This document shows positions 57,666 to 64,000 of a stretch of 64,000 nt of DNA, in pieces. Location of the stretch: the sequence record DRR378314_685. One strand, 5' to 3'. Under the pieces are notes generated by a model. That model did not search any database, was not told where the DNA came from, and saw only the letters and a program-made list of their open reading frames with translations. Every line of letters starts with the position of its first letter. The first letter of the stretch is position 1. The position numbers and the translations under genes are program-made.

Positions 57666-58880
57666 ATGGCGTATGATGAATCAGTCGACCTAGAGCAGTT
57701 TCGCGCTGAAACGCGCGAATGGCTTGAAGAAAATTGCCCCCCTTCGATGCGTACGCCCATGAAGGATGACGAGATTGTCTGGGGTGGAAAACGCGAAAAG
57801 TTCAAGAACCCTGAAGCCAAGGTCTGGCTGGAGCGGATGGGTGAAAAAGGTTGGACCGCGCCGGAGTGGCCAGCAAAGTATGGCGGCGGCGGCCTCAGCC
57901 GAGAGCAGAACCGCGTGCTGCAGGAAGAGCTGCGCCGCATCAAGGCGCGGCCTGCCTTGTTCTCTTTCGGGCTCTGGATGTTCGGCCCGGCGCTTCTGGA
58001 ATTTGGAAATGAAGATCAGAAACTGCGCTTCATCCCGGATATCGTGAAGGGCAAGACGCGCTGGTGTCAGGGCTATTCCGAGCCGGGCGCAGGGTCTGAT
58101 CTGGCAGACTTGCAGACGCGTTGCGAAGACAAGGGCGATCACTACCTGATCAATGGTCAGAAAGTCTGGACCTCGTACGCTGACAAGGCTGACTGGATTT
58201 TCTGTCTGGTGCGGACCGATACGAGCACCAAGCATGAAGGGATCAGCTTCATCCTGTTCGACATGGAGAGCGAAGGCGTTGAAGCGCGTCCCATTCTGCT
58301 GATTTCCGGCGAGAGCCCATTTTGCGAAACATTCTTCACGGATGTGAAAGTGCCGAAAGATCAATTGGTCGGCGAAGTGAATGGTGGCTGGCAGATCGCC
58401 AAACGCTTGCTGCAATTCGAGCGCTCGTCCATTTCTGCCGGAGGCTTTGGCGGCACAGGTGGCTCTGGCATTCTGGGGCCGGAAGAATACGCCAAGATGC
58501 ACATTGGCACCGACAGTGAAGGTCGCCTGATAGATGGTGACCTCCGTGGGCGGATCACTGACCACAAGATGTATGCCAAGGCATTCAACCTGACTGTTCA
58601 ACGCCAGGCAGAACAAGCCAAAGCGGGCCAGCAAGTTGGCCATACGGCATCCATTCTGAAGTATGGTGCTGCGAAGATGAACCAGGACCGGCATGAGCTA
58701 CTCGTTGAGGCGCTCGGCACGGAAGGGCTTGGCTGGGAAGGCGAGGGCTTTGATCCGGCAGCCAAGAAGGTCACGCGCCAATGGCTGCGCTCAAAAGGTA
58801 ACTCGATCGAGGGCGGTACGAGTGAGATCAATCTGAACGTGATCTCCAAACGCGTGCTGGGTCTCAAGGACCACAAGTAA
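57666..58880 (+). CDS. Acyl-CoA dehydrogenase (catalytic-type subunit)
   Basis: CQGYSEPGAGSDLA, NGQKVWTS, SIEGGTSEI. Confidence 0.93.
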   Translation: MAYDESVDLEQFRAETREWLEENCPPSMRTPMKDDEIVWGGKREKFKNPEAKVWLERMGEKGWTAPEWPAKYGGGGLSREQNRVLQEELRRIKARPALFSFGLWMFGPALLEFGNEDQKLRFIPDIVKGKTRWCQGYSEPGAGSDLADLQTRCEDKGDHYLINGQKVWTSYADKADWIFCLVRTDTSTKHEGISFILFDMESEGVEARPILLISGESPFCETFFTDVKVPKDQLVGEVNGGWQIAKRLLQFERSSISAGGFGGTGGSGILGPEEYAKMHIGTDSEGRLIDGDLRGRITDHKMYAKAFNLTVQRQAEQAKAGQQVGHTASILKYGAAKMNQDRHELLVEALGTEGLGWEGEGFDPAAKKVTRQWLRSKGNSIEGGTSEINLNVISKRVLGLKDHK

Positions 58881-58883
58881 CCC

Positions 58884-59207
58884 ATGTCGTCCACGCAGAT
58901 CATCCTTCTGTTTCTCGGCACACCGTTCATGGCCGGAGTCCTGGCTCCGTTCTTCCGTGGGCGTTGGCTGGTGCAGTCGGCTGTGTGGATGTTCGCGCTG
59001 CTGTCCACACTTGCCGCACTTTATGTGTGGGCGGGTATGGAGGCGGCGCGCCTCGAATTGACAAGCATCAGGCTGGCACTCGCTGCCAGCGCTCTCTGGA
59101 GTACGGCCGGGCTGGCCGGACTGCTGGTTGGGCGCGAAGCGGAAAACGTGCGGCGTGTTGCAAAGAACACCAGGGACAAACGCAAGGCTTCGGAGATATT
59201 CAGATGA
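58884..59207 (+). CDS. Small 3-TM hypothetical protein
   Basis: Hydrophobic helices and basic tail; ATGA overlap with next gene. Confidence 0.6.
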   Translation: MSSTQIILLFLGTPFMAGVLAPFFRGRWLVQSAVWMFALLSTLAALYVWAGMEAARLELTSIRLALAASALWSTAGLAGLLVGREAENVRRVAKNTRDKRKASEIFR

Positions 59208-60340
59208 CATTCCTTTTGACGGAAGACCAGGAAATGCTGCGGGATACCGCAATGGCATTTGCGCGCGATGAACTGCCAGTGACGCGCCTGCGCAAACTGC
59301 GTGATAGTGGGGCAAATGGTGTAGACCCGGACACACGCCAGAAGCTGGCCGAACTTGGCTTCTTCGGTGTGATTATTCCGGATGAGCCAGGCGGTGAGCA
59401 TTTCGGGCTTGTCGGCTTGGGTCAGATCCTGGAAGCGCAGGGGCGGACTTTGGCTGCTACACCCGTGCTTCAAACCGCATTGATCGCGGCCAGTGCGTTG
59501 CAGTTGGGTGGCAGTGCGGAACAACAGGCTGAATGGCTGCCAAAGATTGCTGGCGGAGACGCGACATTTGCGCTGGCGCTTGACGAAACCGCGCACTTCA
59601 ATCCACTCGGTGTTGCAACGGAAGCTGAGCGTAATGGTCAGGGCTACACGCTGAATGGTATGAAGCGTTTCGTTGCAGATGCGCATCATGCTGACATGCT
59701 GATCGTGGTGGCCCGCACTTATGGCGAGGCGGGAGACAGGCACGGACTGACGCTGTTCCTTGTGCCAGCCGATGCCAAAGGCGTGTCAGTTCAGGCGCTG
59801 AACTCCGTCGATTCGCATGGCGCGGCTCATATCACGCTGGAAGATGTGATCGTTCCGGACAGTGCAATCATAGGCGCAGTGGATAAAGGCGCCGATGTGC
59901 TGGAGCCAGTTCTTGATCGGGCGGCCATTGGACAGGCGGCAGAAATGCTTGGCAGTGCGCAAGCGGCATTCGACATGACACTGGAATACCTGAACAGCCG
60001 CAAACAGTTCGGCCAGTTGATTGGATCGTTCCAGGCTCTGCAGCACCGCGCCGCAAAGATGTTCACCGAATTGGAACTGACACGCTCTTGCGCGGCAGCT
60101 GCGCTTGCTGCCGTTGATGAGGGCAAGGACAATGTCGCCGAACTTGCAAGTCTCGCAAAAGCGAAGGCGAGCGAACTGGTGCATCTGGTGTCCAATGAGT
60201 GCGTGCAGATGCATGGCGGTATCGGCATGACGGATGATGCTGATCCGGGCCTCTACATGAAACGTGCTCGTGTGCAGGAAGCCATGTTCGGATCTGCCAG
60301 CTGGCACCGGGATCGCTACGCGCGCCTTGCAGGCTACTAG
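59204..60340 (+). CDS. Acyl-CoA dehydrogenase (partner-type subunit)
   Basis: RKQFGQLIGSFQALQHR, QMHGGIGMT; GGAG RBS. Confidence 0.92.
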   Translation: MTFLLTEDQEMLRDTAMAFARDELPVTRLRKLRDSGANGVDPDTRQKLAELGFFGVIIPDEPGGEHFGLVGLGQILEAQGRTLAATPVLQTALIAASALQLGGSAEQQAEWLPKIAGGDATFALALDETAHFNPLGVATEAERNGQGYTLNGMKRFVADAHHADMLIVVARTYGEAGDRHGLTLFLVPADAKGVSVQALNSVDSHGAAHITLEDVIVPDSAIIGAVDKGADVLEPVLDRAAIGQAAEMLGSAQAAFDMTLEYLNSRKQFGQLIGSFQALQHRAAKMFTELELTRSCAAAALAAVDEGKDNVAELASLAKAKASELVHLVSNECVQMHGGIGMTDDADPGLYMKRARVQEAMFGSASWHRDRYARLAGY

Positions 60341-60360
60341 CGGTTCGGAAACACTGAATG

Positions 60361-60401
60361 AAAAAAGCCGGGAAGGTCTGATCCTTCCCGGCTCTATTTT
60401 T
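60361..60401. terminator. Bidirectional terminator
   Basis: A-tract, AGCCGGGAAGG / CCTTCCCGGCT stem, T-tract. Confidence 0.8.
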
Positions 60402-60421
60402 ATCTCGCAAGAGACGCTGGC

Positions 60422-60850
60422 TTAGCCCTTCAGAACCGAGCCCTTCTTCAGAGCTTTGGCAATCAGGTAGTACATGACTGGACGATGTTTTGCGCGAACG
60501 GACTTTCCGTACTTCGCAACGGCGTCGGCAATGGCTGCGTCTGCTTTCGCATCGTCAGTTACACCAAGCTTCTTTGCAATGAAGCCTTTCTTGATGCGGG
60601 CCAGTTCTTCCTTGTCGGACGCAGCGACCGTCGCAGAGTCGGCCTTGTAGATTGTTGGCCCACAAGCTTTCACGGCGGCATTCAGAAGATCCATGTCGGA
60701 GCGTTTTTCACCAACCTTGTCTTTCAGGTCCGTGACATACTTCTCCATCAGCACTTCTTTCGGAGAAGGTGCCTTGGCGGCTTTTGTTGCAGTTGGTGCA
60801 GCGGCTTTCTTCGGCGCCGCGGCTTTCTTGGCTTTGGTTGCTTTTGCCAT
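60422..60850 (-). CDS. DUF2853-like protein with Lys/Ala/Pro-rich N-terminal tail
   Basis: CGPTIY.AD..TVA.SD..EL..IKK.F...KLG, K.R.V.YY; GAGGAG RBS. Confidence 0.8.
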   Translation of the reverse strand: MAKATKAKKAAAPKKAAAPTATKAAKAPSPKEVLMEKYVTDLKDKVGEKRSDMDLLNAAVKACGPTIYKADSATVAASDKEELARIKKGFIAKKLGVTDDAKADAAIADAVAKYGKSVRAKHRPVMYYLIAKALKKGSVLKG

Positions 60851-61133
60851 GGGAGTTTCTCCTCAATGGGCCCGACGAACGGGCGTGTTTGAATTTACGC
60901 AGCTCACAATACGAATCAGTTTGAAACGTGAATTGGACACTGAACTGTTTTTCCACAGCCTGCCAACCCCTTTTCGGTAGTGAAACGATTCTCAGCAACA
61001 TGAAGTATACGGACAAAATGGCAGTTGGGTTGCTGTTCGCACGTTTCGTTAAGGGCGTGAACTACATTGATTGACCTGTGCGGATTGGGAGTACACATCT
61101 TGAGTGCAAACCAGACATGAGATGAGGGCTGAC

Positions 61134-62723
61134 ATGTTCCGATACTTGCCGTGGATCACTATCGTACTCCTGCTTGTCGGGTGTCTTGTGTTTTGGAGAC
61201 TGCAGCCATGGCTACTGTACGCAGCTGCCGTGCTTGCACCATTTGCGCTGACTGGCCTGTATGACGTCTTCCAGCGCAAGCACAGTCTTTGGCGAAACTA
61301 TCCATTGGTGGCGCGGATCCGTTGGGTGGCGGAGGAGCTTCACCCCTTTCTGCGTGCCTACATTGTCGAGAGCGAAACAGAAGGTCGCCCTTTTAATCTG
61401 GAAGATCGGGCGATGGTGTACCGCCGAGCAAAGAATGTATCTTCGGTGGAGCCGTTTGGCAGTCATCTGGATATGGACAAGCCGCCCTATGAATGGCTGG
61501 CGCACTCTATCGCCGCACAACACCCCATCGAGAGCGACCCGCGCGTGATGGTGGGCGCGCCTGGCACGTCCCAGCCCTATTCGGCAAGTGTCTTCAATAT
61601 CTCCGCCATGAGTTTCGGGTCTCTGGGAGCGCACGCTATCTCAGCCCTTTCAAAAGGCGCCGCACTTGGGGGGTTCTATCACGACACGGGGGAAGGGGGT
61701 GTCTCGCGCTATCACCGACAGGGAGGCGGTGACTTGGTCTGGGAGCTTGGGTCTGGCTATTTCGGGTGTCGCGCATCTGATGGAAGCTTTGATGCTGCCA
61801 AGTTCGCCGAAACTTCCGCAGACCCCCAAATCAAGATGATCGAGGTGAAGCTGAGCCAGGGTGCCAAGCCAGGGCATGGCGGCGTGTTGCCGGGCGAGAA
61901 GGTGACTGCGGAAATCGCAGAAGCGCGCGGCATTGAAATCGGCCAGACTTGCATCTCTCCGCCTTCGCATTCTTCTTTCTCGACGCCCATCGAGATGCTG
62001 GAGTTTGTTGCCAGATTGCGTGATCTGTCAGGTGGCAAGCCTGTTGGTATCAAGTTCGCAGTCGGCAACCGGTGGGAAACCCTGGCGATCTGCAAGGCGA
62101 TGCTGGAAACAGGTCTGCGCGTTGACTTCATGGTTGTTGACGGCGGCGAAGGTGGGACCGGCGCTGCGCCTGCGGAGTTTCTAGACCATGTTGGCGCCCC
62201 CTTGCGTCAGGCACTCGTTCTGACGCGTAACGCCTTGGTTGGAACGGGGCTGAAGGATGAGGTTCGCCTTGCATGTTCGGGCAAGCAGATCAGCGCGTTC
62301 TCAATGGCCTCGTCTCTGGCACTTGGCGCAGATTGGGTGAACACAGCGCGTGGCTTCATGTTTGCGCTTGGCTGTATCCAGTCCCTCAATTGTCACAACA
62401 ATACGTGCCCGACGGGCATTGCGACATCGAACATGTCACGCCAGCGTGGTCTGGTCGTCGAAGACAAGGCGATCCGCGTCAGGAATTTTCATCACAATAC
62501 GGTAAAGGCGCTGATGGAAGTCGTCGGTGCCGCAGGGTGCGCGCATCCTTCTGAGCTGACGCCTCGCCATGTGATGCACAGGGTCACTGAAGACATCTCC
62601 TATACCGCCGAACGAGCCTACCAACTGATCTCCAACGGGCAATTGCTGGATGCGCCTGATGAGACCCAATTGGCTGAGGAATGGCGCATGGCACAGGCGG
62701 CAAGTTTCCACCCAGCAATTTAG
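61134..62723 (+). CDS. FMN-binding glutamate synthase family protein
   Basis: SAMSFGSL, DTGEGG, KLSQGAKPGHGG, DGGEGGTGAAP, CIQSLNCHNNTCPTG. Confidence 0.92.
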   Translation: MFRYLPWITIVLLLVGCLVFWRLQPWLLYAAAVLAPFALTGLYDVFQRKHSLWRNYPLVARIRWVAEELHPFLRAYIVESETEGRPFNLEDRAMVYRRAKNVSSVEPFGSHLDMDKPPYEWLAHSIAAQHPIESDPRVMVGAPGTSQPYSASVFNISAMSFGSLGAHAISALSKGAALGGFYHDTGEGGVSRYHRQGGGDLVWELGSGYFGCRASDGSFDAAKFAETSADPQIKMIEVKLSQGAKPGHGGVLPGEKVTAEIAEARGIEIGQTCISPPSHSSFSTPIEMLEFVARLRDLSGGKPVGIKFAVGNRWETLAICKAMLETGLRVDFMVVDGGEGGTGAAPAEFLDHVGAPLRQALVLTRNALVGTGLKDEVRLACSGKQISAFSMASSLALGADWVNTARGFMFALGCIQSLNCHNNTCPTGIATSNMSRQRGLVVEDKAIRVRNFHHNTVKALMEVVGAAGCAHPSELTPRHVMHRVTEDISYTAERAYQLISNGQLLDAPDETQLAEEWRMAQAASFHPAI

Positions 62724-62899
62724 CGGGAATACGAGAAGGGGGCGGCCGCATCACAGTTTCACCGGAACCAGCCTTGTTTCATCCGGTTCTGTGCTAGTGC
62801 ATAGAAAGCGGGCAGCATGATGGTTTCCGCATCCAGTCTTTGGCCGCGCGCTTTGGTCATGGCTGGACGCGGGTTAGACCAAGTGGGACAGGATGGGCA

Positions 62900-64000
62900 A
62901 TGACTGAAACTGAGACGCCAAAGCGTAGTCGACTGATTGCGATTTCGAACAGGACCGCTGCGGGGCAGGAAAGCCGCGCCGGTGGGCTCGCTGTGGCTTT
63001 GTGGGACTCGCTTGCCGATACACGAGGACTCTGGATCGGCTGGAGCGGTCGCATTCTGGACTTTCCCAGCAATCGCGCCCGCAAATCCAGCGAGGATGGC
63101 GTGGAGTTTGCCCTGACGGACTATTCCCGCGATCAGTTCGATGGGTTTTACCTGGGCTATTCAAACAGCGTGCTGTGGCCAGTGATGCACAATCGTATCG
63201 ATCTTGCCGTCTTCGATTCTTCGTTCTTTCGCTATTATGTGGAGATCAACGAGAAATTTTCCGACATTGTGCGACGTCAGGCGACAGAGGACGACTTGAT
63301 CTGGGTGCACGATTACCACTTCCTGCTTTTGGGCGGTATATTGCGGGAAGAAGGATGGACAGGACGCTGCGGTTTCTTCCTGCATATTCCATTCCCCTCT
63401 CCAGAAGTCTTTCGCGCTATTCCGGAGCATCGCAAGCTTGCGAAAGGCCTGTGCGCTTATGATGTTGTCGGCCTGCAATGCCGGAAAGATCTGGCCAATC
63501 TGGCGCAGTACCTGGAAGAGGAATTCGGCGCCGAGGAACAGCCAGATGGCAAGTTCCTGGTTGAAGGTCGTATTGTGCATTTGCTGCATTGTCCGATCGG
63601 CATCGACAGCAAGTCATTCGCGCAGACAGCGCAGGACGAACCAGCAACGCGCGCCGCAAGCCGCCTGTCCCGGTTTCTTGGAGAGCGGGATCTGGTCATC
63701 GGTGTCGACCGAATGGATTACTCCAAGGGATTGCCACAGCGTTTCGAAGGCATGGCGGATCTGTTCGACAGATATCCCGAGCTGCACGGCAAGATCTCGT
63801 TCACGCAGATCGCGCCGCCATCGCGCTCCGTTGTAGAAGAATATGCGCAGCTTCGCGAACAGCTGGATGCCCTGTCCGGGCGCATCAATGGAGACTATGG
63901 TGATCTCGACTGGATGCCGATCAGGTATCTCGCACGCGGATATGATCGCGAGGAGATTGCCGGTCTATATAGACTTGCCACGGCGTGCCTTGTGACGCCT
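62900..64000 (+). CDS. otsA: Trehalose-6-phosphate synthase (3' end outside window; absent from ORF track)
   Basis: Read from DNA: RLIAISNR, AGGLAVAL, IWVHDYH, GFFLHIPFP, GVDRMDYSKG. Confidence 0.93.
   Translation, partial: MTETETPKRSRLIAISNRTAAGQESRAGGLAVALWDSLADTRGLWIGWSGRILDFPSNRARKSSEDGVEFALTDYSRDQFDGFYLGYSNSVLWPVMHNRIDLAVFDSSFFRYYVEINEKFSDIVRRQATEDDLIWVHDYHFLLLGGILREEGWTGRCGFFLHIPFPSPEVFRAIPEHRKLAKGLCAYDVVGLQCRKDLANLAQYLEEEFGAEEQPDGKFLVEGRIVHLLHCPIGIDSKSFAQTAQDEPATRAASRLSRFLGERDLVIGVDRMDYSKGLPQRFEGMADLFDRYPELHGKISFTQIAPPSRSVVEEYAQLREQLDALSGRINGDYGDLDWMPIRYLARGYDREEIAGLYRLATACLVTP

Noticed and set aside
63001-63903. Short ORFs in the track near the right end
   Set aside because: Alternate frames of otsA, which the track misses because it has no stop inside the window

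Overview
A GC-rich, densely coding stretch of alphaproteobacterial core chromosome. GapR, UrcA, type-B L36, alpha-type LexA and CtrA-like boxes suggest Caulobacterales/Hyphomonadaceae (inference). It holds about 60 CDSs and one tRNA-Leu(CAA); I saw no transposase, integrase, prophage or CRISPR array. Recognisable genes include ctpA, rppH, folE, cysS, yidD, thrS, gloB, a P-II gene, tyrC, msrB, rpmJ, gapR, dsbB, a zrgABCD-like/ZIP/HupE metal-uptake cluster, phaZ, ompW, motA, sixA and otsA. Most of the interesting signal is non-coding or below the ORF-track size cut-off. (1) Two unlinked intergenic arrays of TGTCG cores in exact 10-bp phase. (2) A Cys-rich leader peptide before cysS and a Thr-containing one before thrS. 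(3) A THF-riboswitch-like structured leader before folE. (4) A LexA-boxed, apparently leaderless, degenerate photolyase-fold gene ending in a clamp-binding-like motif. (5) A four-gene envelope operon: S8 protease, free-standing propeptide-like protein, unknown lipoprotein and M23 peptidase. All family calls come from reading motifs by eye; no searches were run.
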